Positions 47,577-57,735 of a stretch of 64,000 nt of DNA are shown here, piece after piece. A program made the translations under genes and the position numbers. The notes under the pieces were generated by a model that worked only from the letters and a program-made list of their open reading frames with translations, was not told the DNA's origin and made no database searches. The DNA is taken from the NCBI GenBank assembly GCA_026390435.1, contig JAPLFY010000031.1, forward strand, positions 52,553 through 116,552, given 5' to 3'. Every line of letters begins with the position of its first letter. Within the stretch, counting starts at the first letter, position 1. The DNA is from Pseudomonadota bacterium. GTDB taxonomy: Bacteria > Bdellovibrionota_B > Oligoflexia > Oligoflexales > CAIYRB01.

Positions 47577-48749
47577 TCAATCTTCAATGGGCAAATCTCT
47601 GATTCTGCCTTCGCGTCCCGTAGCACCAAGCAAAATACCAAGATAAGACTTATATCGCCAACGTGACAGTTGACCGGCCTCAACCGCTGCACGGATAACG
47701 CACTCGGGCTCGTCCATATGGCGACACTCGCGAAACTTACATTTGCCGAGCAAAGGGCGAAACTCGACAAAGCAATGACTTAGCTCGATCGGCCCTTTCT
47801 CCTCAAATGTAAAACTACGAATGCCGGGCGTATCAATAACATAGCCACCGGTTCCCAGTTTGATGAAGCTGGCGAAAGACGTGGTGTGACGCCCCTTGTA
47901 GAAGATGTTGTCGTCTTCTTCCACAGCCTGAACAATCTCGGGGATGAAGAGATTCACTAGGGAAGATTTACCAACACCGGAATGACCCGAGAGTAAGGTG
48001 ATCTTGTCCTTAAGCATGGATTCGAGCCGTTTTATTTCCGGGTGCTCCTTAGCATCCTTCGCGTTTGCCTGCAAAGAAAACACCTGATATCCAAGCCCAC
48101 GGTATAATTCCACCATAGCTTTTTCTAATTCAATCTCTTCCGGAGCACCCTCAGCAGCCAACAAATCCTCTTTGTTGAGCACTATGATGGCCTCGACACC
48201 CTCGCTCTCAGCTAATACAAGATAACGGTCAATAAGACCCCACTTGACCTTCGGGCTTAGGTAACTAGCTACAATTAATAGCTGGTCCATATTCGTGGCC
48301 AAAACATGCGCTCGTCCGGGAGTGTGCGGATCTAAGCGGGCAATCTTAGAGCGGCGAAGATCCAAATGCTGAATCACACATTTTGGAAGATCGGCCTGAG
48401 ACTTAACGGCATGCTCCCGATCGGGGGTACAAAGCACATGATCACCGACTGCAACGAAATTTCGTTCTGCCCGGTGTGCAACTAGATGTTTACGCGCGAC
48501 CTCCGCCAGCCAAACATCACGTGTATCCACCTTCTTCAGATCATTTTCCGTCGAAATAAAAGCGTACCGCTTATGCACCTCGACCACTCGTGCAGGGAAT
48601 GCTCCATCAGCTCCGCCGACTCGCCACTCCTTGGAATCAAGTTCAAAAGTTTCACCCGCATCTAATGCATGGGTCTTTTTCCTCGATTTTTTGCGGATCT
48701 TACCGACTTTCTCAAGTCGATCAGTATCCCTCATATCCCAGCGAGCCAT
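47577..48749 (-). CDS. rsgA: Ribosome small-subunit-dependent GTPase
   Basis: NKED, GHSGVGKSS, GRHTT, DTPG in circularly permuted order; CKFRECRHMDEPEC Zn motif. Confidence 0.95.
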   Translation of the reverse strand: MARWDMRDTDRLEKVGKIRKKSRKKTHALDAGETFELDSKEWRVGGADGAFPARVVEVHKRYAFISTENDLKKVDTRDVWLAEVARKHLVAHRAERNFVAVGDHVLCTPDREHAVKSQADLPKCVIQHLDLRRSKIARLDPHTPGRAHVLATNMDQLLIVASYLSPKVKWGLIDRYLVLAESEGVEAIIVLNKEDLLAAEGAPEEIELEKAMVELYRGLGYQVFSLQANAKDAKEHPEIKRLESMLKDKITLLSGHSGVGKSSLVNLFIPEIVQAVEEDDNIFYKGRHTTSFASFIKLGTGGYVIDTPGIRSFTFEEKGPIELSHCFVEFRPLLGKCKFRECRHMDEPECVIRAAVEAGQLSRWRYKSYLGILLGATGREGRIRDLPIED

Positions 48750-48773
48750 GTTTACGCCCTAATGTTGCACTGC

Positions 48774-51245
48774 CTAGGTCAAACCAATACGATGAATACT
48801 CTCACGAATATCAGCACTTAAAATACTCAATGAATTCTCGGCAAGTTCCTCGACTCGCGGATCAATTCGCATGCTGTCCCCAGCAGCTCCCTCGATATAG
48901 CCTAATTCTTCCAGCTGCTCCAGGAAGCTAAACAAAGACTTTTTATCGTAGGTGTCAGCCTCGCTGGAGCCATTCAATATTGCGATACGCTGCGCCATCA
49001 AAGTTACTTGCTTGGCGTACTCCTCTGTATCAACAGATGCCCCAAGTTTTTGATGCTTAGCCAACAACGCAGCGGCAATTGCACAGCGCTCCAGCGTATG
49101 CCCCAGCGTCCTAGCAAGTATGAGCAGTGTCGTTAAATCGCGACTGGTGACATCCGGCCTACGAAGGTATCCCTGATCGTCGCGCGACAATAGGTTCTCA
49201 TTAATCATGGCATTCACAATACCAGAAATGTTTTTGCCACAATTCACCACATCCCAACGCAAGAAGAATTCCTTCTTGAGAATAGGATAGAGCTGCTGAG
49301 CCGATCGCAGCACCCTCTCTTCAGGCAAATGATCGTTGTATTGAAAAAAGCTAGCGACCAGAGCTGGAACGGCAAGTAGGTGGAGAATATTATTCCGATA
49401 ATAATTGAGCAGGACGGCTTCGCGCTCTTCTACGAAAATGACATCGCCTCCTGGATGCTGGAAGCGCTCGATTTTAGCCACACTCATCGCTTCATCAAGC
49501 TGATCGCGAGCACGACCCTCAGGAAGTGAGACGTCACGGCTATAAGGCGCTGCCCGCATAGCCGCTATCAACTTATCCATCAAGTAAAGCAAGTCGTCTT
49601 CCGCCAATGCCTTCGTCGGAGTAGACAAAAGCACAAGCGCTAAAATGGATATCGGACTCACAATCGCGTTACTGTTAATGCTGGTCAAAACTTCATTGGC
49701 AAGATCAGACACAATCGGCGACATCCAGCTGGGCTTACTATCACTGTCCACAACCTCGTGCTGCCAGCCACTGCGGCGTTTATCTAGATATTCAGTGAGA
49801 TAAATTGGCTCGGCGATCCCAATATATGCCTGGCCGAAGTTTGACTTTAGAACACGGCGTGCCCTGATCAATTGACTAGCCGACTCAGTGCGCTTCTTCA
49901 CACCACGCAACTCAGTCTGATACGTGCGGACCTCAACTACTTTATCGTAACCCACATAAATAGGAACGATCGCAATTGGTCGTTCCGAATTGCGCAGGTA
50001 ACTATGTAAAACCATAGCAAGCATGCCCGTTTTACCGGGAAGTAGACGCCCCGTCCGGCTCCGGCCGCCTTCCATATAGAACTTTAAGGAATGACCTTTG
50101 GTCAGCAAGTAATGCACATATTCGTTAAAAACCACCGTATAAAGGCGGTTACCGTTAAATGTGCGCCTAATATAAAACGCACCCGCCCGGCGCAGGAATC
50201 CGCCTACGGGCCAAAAGTTCAAATTGATTCCTGCAGCCGAATGCGGAGGATTTAAACCTTGGTAGTAAATTGAATACGCTAAAAGCAAATAATCCATGTG
50301 GCTGCGATGAGACGGTAGATAAACTATCTCGTGTGTCTGCTCGATCGCACGTAGGCGCTCAGCATGCTTAATAACGACACCATTAAATAGCCGATTCCAC
50401 AACCACGTAAAGAAAAGGTCCGAAAGTCTGACGATGGCATAGTTCTGCTCAGAGGCGATTTCCATTATGTAACGTCGAGCTGTCGCCTGAACTTTAACTG
50501 CCGGTACTTTACGTTTGCGGGCCTCGTCCTCAATGGCGCTCTTGATCGCACGACTCTGCAATAAACTCGCTGCTACACTCTCGCGACTAGGGAGACTAGG
50601 ACCCAAAACACCGGTCCGCTGCCTGCGAAAATGGACACGCAGTACACGCCTTAATTTCTTAGCGGTCTGCTCGATCCCCGCTCCCTCGCTCACTATCCTA
50701 CGCAATGAAATTGGCGTGCCGAAGTTAACAAAGTTGTCACGACCCTGCGCCAAGACTATGAATATCTTTTGCAGGATCCCAGCATGCTCGGCGTCAAAAA
50801 ACAGCAGGCGCAAAATCGAACGCTCCTCACGCCCTGGATTTCGCCCCCAAAAAACGCAAACCGGAACCAGCTGGACTTCCATGTTTGGATCAAGCGTCGC
50901 CATTTTCACCAGCGTACTCAATGGCGTAGGCGGTGCCTTATGGGCGTCACGCTCAACTTGAAGCAGGCCCATTTTATGCAAGTAAATAAACGAAGCAGTA
51001 CCGGGCACATTCAAAGATGTATGGTCGGTATGCGGCAACGGCAAGCCGTTACGCTCGCAGACATCATAAAGCACTAAAATGTCGGAGACCGAACGCGAAG
51101 GTAATACGTAACAGACAGGGACTCCGGGCTTTAACCCAAGGTCAAGTGCCGGTGATGGTGGCGTGACTTTAGACTTAACCCACAGCGCCTGGATCTTGCG
51201 CAGCCACCAGAAAGGAATAATTGAGATGGGCTTATGCTTTGGCAC
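48774..51245 (-). CDS. plsB: Glycerol-3-phosphate 1-O-acyltransferase
   Basis: HRSHMD, AGAFYIRR, EGGRSRTG, VPIYVGY; start moved to GTG 51245 just after the panC stop. Confidence 0.93.
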   Translation of the reverse strand: MPKHKPISIIPFWWLRKIQALWVKSKVTPPSPALDLGLKPGVPVCYVLPSRSVSDILVLYDVCERNGLPLPHTDHTSLNVPGTASFIYLHKMGLLQVERDAHKAPPTPLSTLVKMATLDPNMEVQLVPVCVFWGRNPGREERSILRLLFFDAEHAGILQKIFIVLAQGRDNFVNFGTPISLRRIVSEGAGIEQTAKKLRRVLRVHFRRQRTGVLGPSLPSRESVAASLLQSRAIKSAIEDEARKRKVPAVKVQATARRYIMEIASEQNYAIVRLSDLFFTWLWNRLFNGVVIKHAERLRAIEQTHEIVYLPSHRSHMDYLLLAYSIYYQGLNPPHSAAGINLNFWPVGGFLRRAGAFYIRRTFNGNRLYTVVFNEYVHYLLTKGHSLKFYMEGGRSRTGRLLPGKTGMLAMVLHSYLRNSERPIAIVPIYVGYDKVVEVRTYQTELRGVKKRTESASQLIRARRVLKSNFGQAYIGIAEPIYLTEYLDKRRSGWQHEVVDSDSKPSWMSPIVSDLANEVLTSINSNAIVSPISILALVLLSTPTKALAEDDLLYLMDKLIAAMRAAPYSRDVSLPEGRARDQLDEAMSVAKIERFQHPGGDVIFVEEREAVLLNYYRNNILHLLAVPALVASFFQYNDHLPEERVLRSAQQLYPILKKEFFLRWDVVNCGKNISGIVNAMINENLLSRDDQGYLRRPDVTSRDLTTLLILARTLGHTLERCAIAAALLAKHQKLGASVDTEEYAKQVTLMAQRIAILNGSSEADTYDKKSLFSFLEQLEELGYIEGAAGDSMRIDPRVEELAENSLSILSADIRESIHRIGLT

Positions 51246-51249
51246 GGAC

Positions 51250-52104
51250 CTAATCCATTTCCATGTTGTCAATAAGGCGAGTGGTCCCCAGACGGGCGGC
51301 AACTAACATGACGCTAGCTTCTGCCACGCTCGTACCGCATGGCAATAAATCCCGCCGCTGACGCAACTCGATGTAGTCGACTACAAAATCTTGATGTTGC
51401 TCGATCACGTTTCTACAATTTGCAATCAGCACTTCAGGACTACGTTCACCCGCCGCAAAGCCTGCCTTTGCGGCTAATAGACCCTGATAAATAAAAGGGG
51501 CTAGCTGCCGCTCCCCCTCGGACAAATATCGATTACGACTACTCATGGCGAGACCGTCTGACTCTCTAAGCGTCTCGCCGCCCATAATTTTTATAGGCAG
51601 ATTCAGATCGGCAACCATCTGCTCAATAAGCCGCCACTGTTGGTAGTCTTTTTTTCCGAATATTGCGACATGAGGCTGCACTAAATTAAACAGCTTCAGG
51701 ACTACCGTAAGCACACCCTCAAAATGGTGCTTGCGCGAGCTACCCTCTAGTTGCAAAGCCATACCCTTACCATGCACGTAGGTCTGGAAACCATCCGGAT
51801 ACATCGTTGCATCACTGGGTAAGAATACCGCCTCAACATTTTCCCTAGCTAGTAATTCGAGGTCAGCACTGAGCGTCCGAGGGTATTTTGATAAATCTTC
51901 ACCTGGAGCAAATTGTGCCGGATTAACGAAAATACTGACGATGACCCGATCCGCGAGATTACGTGCCTGCTTTACTAGACTGAGATGACCCTGATGCAAA
52001 GCGCCCATCGTCGGGACAAAAGCTACCTTTGCTCCGTCACTATCCCAGGCCTGGCGACGAGTCTGCACATCGGCGATTGAGATTAATGTAGACGGCATAG
52101 TCAT
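51250..52104 (-). CDS. panC: Pantoate-beta-alanine ligase
   Basis: VPTMGALHQGH, SIFVNPAQF, FGKKDYQQ, RESDGLAMSSRN, RLIDN. Confidence 0.97.
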   Translation of the reverse strand: MTMPSTLISIADVQTRRQAWDSDGAKVAFVPTMGALHQGHLSLVKQARNLADRVIVSIFVNPAQFAPGEDLSKYPRTLSADLELLARENVEAVFLPSDATMYPDGFQTYVHGKGMALQLEGSSRKHHFEGVLTVVLKLFNLVQPHVAIFGKKDYQQWRLIEQMVADLNLPIKIMGGETLRESDGLAMSSRNRYLSEGERQLAPFIYQGLLAAKAGFAAGERSPEVLIANCRNVIEQHQDFVVDYIELRQRRDLLPCGTSVAEASVMLVAARLGTTRLIDNMEMD

Positions 52105-52226
52105 CAGGTCTCGAGTCCTTGGTTTACGCCATGAAAAAGAGCATTAAAAGTAATTCTGTATGAGTACAGGAGTATTCCAGGGATGACAATGAGGTTGGGA
52201 GGCGGCAGGACGCCGGTCAAGCGCTA

Positions 52227-52430
52227 GCGGGAGACAAAAAGGAGGAACCCACCGGTTCACGCTCGCCGTGAGCCGGTGGGGTTCGGCGGGGTAGCAAGTC
52301 AGGAGATCTTAAATCGCCCTCTTGGCAATTTGGCCCGTCGTGGGCCCGCACATTTCCTAGGATACTGAAACAGCACCCCTTCCATCTCCGTAAAGGCTCA
52401 GATCTCAAAGGATCTTCAAGCCCATCCCAC
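52227..52430 (-). ncRNA. ssrS: Probable 6S RNA (boundaries approximate)
   Basis: Minus strand: TGAGCC, 15-nt bubble, GGGGTGC..TCAG stem pairing with CTGA..GCTACCCC, apical GGCCC/GGGCC hairpin, 3' GAACC...GGGTTC element; about 200 nt with no credible ORF. Confidence 0.55.
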
Positions 52431-52557
52431 TTATCCCATACCAGGTTGTTACCTTCATGAGATTTGTCGGACGGAATGGGGGGAACTTTAGCCGCGGGGA
52501 GAAAAATCTGACGTCGCCTCAAATCGGATCTCCGCGATATCCGATAAATAGCATAAA

Positions 52558-53649
52558 CTACAGTGACTTAGAAGCCGGCGCTTGGCTTTGGAAGCTCAAT
52601 CTACGAACTCGCCCCTTACTTCCCAAGGCGCCCAACGACCGGCCATTGAAACTGATCTTCACAGCAGCCGCATCGTAGATCAGCATGTCAGCCTTTTTAT
52701 TAAAGGCAAAAGTATAGGTATCTGGCTGTAACTCGCGCGTTACAGGCGGCCCTTGATCGACATCGAGTCTAATACGAACGGGATCGGTCACGGTCAGCAC
52801 CAAGGTCTGCTCATTTTCAGAGCTTGCCGGAATACTTAGATGCGCCGACTGGGGATTTTCCTGAGCACTCGACAGAACGATTGAGTCTGAATCATCCCCA
52901 CTTGGGGAAGTTTGCTTAAGTGCCGCACTAGGCGCCACCTCAGCCGTGTCTTCAGGGGGCTTGGATGCTGACTCACCTGGTGTCGGGACTTTTACCGATA
53001 GTGTCTCTGTTGATTCGCCCGTATTTACAGCGAGTGATGGCTTGCCGGTCGACTCGACTGCAGCCAACCTAGGCTGTGCATTAGGGCGAAGATCGAGAGG
53101 CTTAGCTTTAACGTTGCTTATACTGTGCTTACTGGATGAAAAATTCTTCAGTGCATGTTGGACCAACGAACGGCTAGCTACGAAATAACTGAAGAGACCA
53201 ACTGCCGCGACCGGCAACGCCACCTTTACTATGACACCCCGCCGTATCAGACTTGAAGCCGCAGCCAACATTGGCAAAAAATGCTCGGTTCGCTGATTTG
53301 AAGGCTTATTTTTGATTTCCACTTTAAGCACGGAAGGCGCCAAAGACGCCTCCCAAAGCTCACAAAAGGAGGCAATCAGTGGAGCGGGATCGACGGAGAA
53401 ATTTTTCGCAATATTTTGGACGAAACCTCGACCGAACACCCGACCAGGTAGCTTTTCAAACTGACCAGATTCAAGGGCCTCGATAAAAACGTTACTAATC
53501 CGAGTAATTTCAGATAGGGACTCAACAGAAACTCCCCGCTCTTCCCGAAGCAGCCGCAGGCATTGACCAAAAGTTAGTCGCCTCGATTCAAGATCGAGTG
53601 TGCTATCTTTGTTCATGTAATCCTGCTCTGGATGGTCGTCGTGGCCCAT
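52558..53649 (-). CDS. rodZ: RodZ-like HTH / TM / DUF4115 protein
   Basis: GQCLRLLREERGVSVESLSEITRI...EALESG...FGRGFV; single TM; C-terminal AAAVKISFNG. Confidence 0.85.
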   Translation of the reverse strand: MGHDDHPEQDYMNKDSTLDLESRRLTFGQCLRLLREERGVSVESLSEITRISNVFIEALESGQFEKLPGRVFGRGFVQNIAKNFSVDPAPLIASFCELWEASLAPSVLKVEIKNKPSNQRTEHFLPMLAAASSLIRRGVIVKVALPVAAVGLFSYFVASRSLVQHALKNFSSSKHSISNVKAKPLDLRPNAQPRLAAVESTGKPSLAVNTGESTETLSVKVPTPGESASKPPEDTAEVAPSAALKQTSPSGDDSDSIVLSSAQENPQSAHLSIPASSENEQTLVLTVTDPVRIRLDVDQGPPVTRELQPDTYTFAFNKKADMLIYDAAAVKISFNGRSLGALGSKGRVRRLSFQSQAPASKSL

Positions 53650-53778
53650 GGACTGTCCTCGCGATGAAAGCCCGCCATTGAGGCAGTGCGTAGGTGGTTA
53701 CGTTGATGGAAGCGAATCTGATACAATCTGAGAACGCCTGCCACCCCTTGCTCCACACCAGGTAAGAAAACACGAGGT

Positions 53779-54633
53779 TTGCTTATGTTTGGCGATCGAA
53801 GTTGCGGTTACAGACCGAAATTCGGATTCCAAATCAGCATACTACCTGCATTATTCAGTTTAATGCCCGTTCTCGCTGCCTGTCAAACCGCTGGGCACAT
53901 TGATGCGGGTGCGCCTGAGTCGGCCGTAATAGATTCTCAAAAGGCAATTGCCCGTAATGCTCTCGATACCGGTAAGCCCGAAGCCGCATTGAACAGTCTG
54001 CGAATGCTACTGCAGCAGTATCCAGATGACGCCGGCCTACACAACTTAATGGGACTGACCCAGCTATCCCTAAAAAACCACCCGAGGGCCATCAAAGAAT
54101 TTCAAGCCGCCTTCAAAAAAGATAAACAGGTAGCAACAGGCTTAAATCTGAGCTCAGCGTTAATTAGTGCAGGAGATTACCAGCGAGCAGTACGCCTATT
54201 GACGCAGCTTTTGACCGAGGCGGAATCTACAAGCTACGCTTACAAGGAACGCCTGTATCACAACCTTGGGTACACATACGCCAAAGAGCGCAACTCATCT
54301 AAAGCAGAGCTTTGGTTACAAAGGGCTGTGGAGGAAAATCCAACCTTTTTTCTCTCACATCTCGAACTCGCTCGGCTCTACGAAAGATCAAATCGCCCTG
54401 AGAAGGCTGTGGCCTCGTACCGGAAAGCTATGGATTACTGCTTAGTATGTTTTGAGCCAGTGCAAGCATTAAGCTCGATATATATTAAAACCGGCCGAAC
54501 TGGGGAAGCACGACGCGTGCTGATGCAATTTGGTAAAAATGAAGGTGTGTCAGCAGACGATCTAGCAAAAGCCAAAAATTTATTTACACAAGTAACAGCA
54601 AACGACCTTCCTATTAAAAAAGTTGGCGGCTGA
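53779..54633 (+). CDS. PilF/PilW/Tgl-like TPR lipoprotein (type IV pilus secretin pilotin)
   Basis: Lipobox LAAC; TPRs; Y...ERLYHNLGY motif; neighbour of rodZ. True start may be ATG 53785; extended -10 TGATACAAT at 53719-53727. Confidence 0.72.
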   Translation: MLMFGDRSCGYRPKFGFQISILPALFSLMPVLAACQTAGHIDAGAPESAVIDSQKAIARNALDTGKPEAALNSLRMLLQQYPDDAGLHNLMGLTQLSLKNHPRAIKEFQAAFKKDKQVATGLNLSSALISAGDYQRAVRLLTQLLTEAESTSYAYKERLYHNLGYTYAKERNSSKAELWLQRAVEENPTFFLSHLELARLYERSNRPEKAVASYRKAMDYCLVCFEPVQALSSIYIKTGRTGEARRVLMQFGKNEGVSADDLAKAKNLFTQVTANDLPIKKVGG

Positions 54634-54766
54634 ATAGGCTTAGCAAAATATCCCGCCCAAAGTGACCAGCCTTTGGGTCTTGGCAAGCTAGGGGCGCTTG
54701 CGTTAACGTCCGAGAACTGACCACCACCGACGCGGAATTGCAGCTGCGTCTACGAGGGATTTACCG

Positions 54767-56227
54767 GTGTTTAAGCCAATCTTCCGTGTCTCATCACTTA
54801 CCCTAGTCATGAATATTCTACTCTCAAGTATGATTACGCCGAGAGCGAAGGCCGCTAATCCAGAGGCTCCGAATCCACCTCCGAAATTAGATAATCGCTA
54901 CCAGCCGTTGGAGACTCTGGCGCGGGGCATGTTCTACCTCGAAACCATGTATGTCGACGAGGACAAGGTAAAGCTAAATGAAATGGCCTCAAATGCGTTA
55001 CGAGGCATCATTGAGAAACTGGATCCACACACTGTCTTACTGCCCAAAAAAGCCTTTGAACAACTGACCAGCGACACTCAGGGCAAGTTTGGCGGCGTTG
55101 GTATCATAGTGTCGCAAGAAAACAGCAAACTGATTGTAGTATCACCGATTGAAGACACTCCGGCATTCACAGCTGGAGTTAAGGCTGGCGATGAAATCAT
55201 CGCGGTAGATGGCAAGGAACTAAAAAAAATAAAAAACACTGATGCGGTCGATTTTATGCGCGGCGAACCTGGTTCCATTTTACGCCTGACAGTACACCGC
55301 GAGGGAGTTCCAGAACCAATTAAATTCGAGCTGACGCGAGAAATCATCAAAGTTAAATCTGTACGAGGCGAGTCGCTAGCTAATGGGATCCAATATGCAC
55401 ACATTTCAAGCTTTCAAGAGAACACCGGAGAGGAACTAGCGAATTTCCTAAACTCGCATAAAGGTTCCTTAAAAGGCATGGTCCTCGATTTAAGAGACAA
55501 TCCAGGCGGGCTTCTCGATCAGGCTGTGCGAGTTTGTGACCTATTTATCGACAGCGGTGTCATAGTGTCGACTGTAGGACGCGATCGCTCAAGAGTCGAG
55601 CGTGAGTTTGCCTCTAAACGGGGTGCTTTTGTCGGCTTCCCCTTGGTGGTTTTGGTAAATGGGGGATCAGCTAGCGCTTCTGAAATCGTTGCCGGAGCCC
55701 TGCAAGACCATGAACGCGCCGTCATCATGGGAACAACCACCTTTGGTAAGGGTTCGGTGCAAACTCTGGTATCGCTACCTGACGGATCGGGACTCAAGTT
55801 TACGGTCGCTCGCTATTACACGCCGCGGGATCGCTCCATCCAAGCGAAGGGAATTACCCCCGACATCTTAGTCACCGCCAGATCGCGTCGCGAACGCGCA
55901 CAACCCCCTCAGACTGCCGGAAACCGCCGTCGCGACAATGAAGAAGAAACGAGAAAAGAGTCGGATCTGGAAGGCCATATCACCAGCAATGACTTAAGTG
56001 ACCTCGCCAAGGAAAGTGAGATCGCGGCGATCGTCAAGAAGTGGCCGGAGCCTCTCCGCATTGACAACCAGTTGGTGACGGCATTTACCTACTTGAAAAG
56101 CTGGTCTCGCTTCGAGCAGCAGCGCAACAACATGAACTCTGACGAAAAACTTCCACCTAAAGTCATTCTCGATAGCAACGATACCAACAGCCGGACAGGG
56201 TCGTCACCTGACGGCAAAGACGATTGA
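54767..56227 (+). CDS. ctpA: Carboxy-terminal processing protease S41A
   Basis: LDPHT, PDZ GGVGI, DLRDNPGGLL, SASASEIVAGALQD, TFGKGSVQ, GITPDI. Confidence 0.95.
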   Translation: MFKPIFRVSSLTLVMNILLSSMITPRAKAANPEAPNPPPKLDNRYQPLETLARGMFYLETMYVDEDKVKLNEMASNALRGIIEKLDPHTVLLPKKAFEQLTSDTQGKFGGVGIIVSQENSKLIVVSPIEDTPAFTAGVKAGDEIIAVDGKELKKIKNTDAVDFMRGEPGSILRLTVHREGVPEPIKFELTREIIKVKSVRGESLANGIQYAHISSFQENTGEELANFLNSHKGSLKGMVLDLRDNPGGLLDQAVRVCDLFIDSGVIVSTVGRDRSRVEREFASKRGAFVGFPLVVLVNGGSASASEIVAGALQDHERAVIMGTTTFGKGSVQTLVSLPDGSGLKFTVARYYTPRDRSIQAKGITPDILVTARSRRERAQPPQTAGNRRRDNEEETRKESDLEGHITSNDLSDLAKESEIAAIVKKWPEPLRIDNQLVTAFTYLKSWSRFEQQRNNMNSDEKLPPKVILDSNDTNSRTGSSPDGKDD

Positions 56228-56649
56228 AAGTGGACACCCAAAACGCGCTAAGCCCAGGTCATCCGATTATCTTTTTTGACGGTTATTGTGGCCTCTGTAA
56301 CTACTTCATTGATTGGGTAATCCGACACGATTCGGCCCACCGCATGCGTTATGCATCTCTGCAAGGTGCCACCGCGCAACAAATAGTGTGTGAGCTTGGG
56401 TCCTCGATCCCGGACTCAGTCATCTTGTGGCAAGAAGGGCAGCAACTGGTTCGCTCGGCGGCTGTTGCAGCAATACTAAAGTCTTTGGGCGGCCCATGGC
56501 GCAGGATTGGCTCTGTCCTAGAACTGATACCAACCGCAGTGGCTGACCGCGGCTACGACTTTATCGCTCGAAACCGCTATAGCTGGTTTGGCAAGAAAGA
56601 TAGGTGCCGCCTACCAAGCCCTGCTGAACGCCACCTATTCCTCGAGTGA
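56224..56649 (+). CDS. DCC1-like thiol-disulfide oxidoreductase family protein
   Basis: FDGYCGLCN, YASLQG, YDFIARNRYSWFG. Confidence 0.9.
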   Translation: MKVDTQNALSPGHPIIFFDGYCGLCNYFIDWVIRHDSAHRMRYASLQGATAQQIVCELGSSIPDSVILWQEGQQLVRSAAVAAILKSLGGPWRRIGSVLELIPTAVADRGYDFIARNRYSWFGKKDRCRLPSPAERHLFLE

Positions 56650-56672
56650 AGTAGGTATCCGCAACGCCCCAA

Positions 56673-56990
56673 CTAGCGACTATGAAAGGTATCATAGGAG
56701 CGAAAGGCCACTGTGAAGTACTCGCTGATCTGGCCTGTCAGCACACTGCGGCGGCGGGACCTGCAGAATGTCAGGTAGTTCTGGAACGCCCGCTCATCAT
56801 CGAAGCACTTAATAATATTCTTACAATGGCTACACACCATCATCGGGTTGAACCGCACGTGCTCTTTTATAGTCGCGATGCAACAATTGGGAATATCACT
56901 TACTACAGCACCAACAACTAGGAGAGCCTGGTCGTCGTCGGCTGAGTTTTTAGGAGGCGTAGCGATCGCCTCTTGGCTATCATCGACCAT
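56673..56990 (-). CDS. Small Cys-rich hypothetical protein
   Basis: CC...CSHC...C...C in 105 aa; last gene of the folE-lipB run. Confidence 0.7.
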   Translation of the reverse strand: MVDDSQEAIATPPKNSADDDQALLVVGAVVSDIPNCCIATIKEHVRFNPMMVCSHCKNIIKCFDDERAFQNYLTFCRSRRRSVLTGQISEYFTVAFRSYDTFHSR

Positions 56991-57018
56991 GCCATCTCCG
57001 CGGAATTTCCCTTGAAAT

Positions 57019-57735
57019 CTATACTTTAAATTCTAAAGAGTCTTTGCCGCTATTGCAAGCAATCGGCTCATATAACCAAGGTATGGAGGGCAATAAAAGC
57101 CTACTTAGTTCCTCGGTCAGAACTGGTCTTACCATGGACGTCCCTATGGTTCGAGCAATCATTTCACTGATGGTGGTGACGCCCCGCCCAGCAATTCCAC
57201 AAGGGACAATTTCCCCAAATAAATCTAATGAATTTGACACATTCAAGGCCAACCCATGCATGCTAGTACGATCCTTGATGCGCACCCCTAAGGCACAAAT
57301 CTTGGCATTTTCCACCCAAACTCCTGGATAATCAGGGTCGCTACCTGCACTGATGCCAATTCGTGACAGCGTTTTAATGACCGCTTCTTCTAACAAAGCC
57401 ACAAACCGCTTCGGTGTAATCTTAGAATCAGCCAGCTTTACGATCGGATAGGCGACTAGTTGCCCGGGCATGTGCGCCGTTACCTCACCTCCACGATCGG
57501 TTCTGAGCACGGCGACCTTTTTTGCCCTGAAATAATCTTCAGTAAACCGAAGATTGACCTGGTCCGCATGCTTTCCCATAGTAATTACGGAGGGATGCTC
57601 CACCAAAATCAATGTCGGACCCTGCTCGCCTCTGGCAACTTTTGCATGAATCGCCAACTGCAAAGTCAGGGCCTCTTGGTAATCCAGCATTCCAACATTA
57701 ATAAACTGCGGATCTAAAACGCAGCCGACTGACAC
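57019..57735 (-). CDS. lipB: Lipoyl(octanoyl) transferase
   Basis: LVEHPSVITMG, TDRGGEVTAHMPGQLVAYPI, KICALG, HGLALN, IVPCGI. Confidence 0.95.
   Translation of the reverse strand: MSVGCVLDPQFINVGMLDYQEALTLQLAIHAKVARGEQGPTLILVEHPSVITMGKHADQVNLRFTEDYFRAKKVAVLRTDRGGEVTAHMPGQLVAYPIVKLADSKITPKRFVALLEEAVIKTLSRIGISAGSDPDYPGVWVENAKICALGVRIKDRTSMHGLALNVSNSLDLFGEIVPCGIAGRGVTTISEMIARTIGTSMVRPVLTEELSRLLLPSIPWLYEPIACNSGKDSLEFKV

Noticed and set aside
52217-52522. 101-aa ORF in the rodZ-panC gap
   Set aside because: TTG start, no recognisable composition, and it overlaps a strongly base-paired region better explained as ncRNA.
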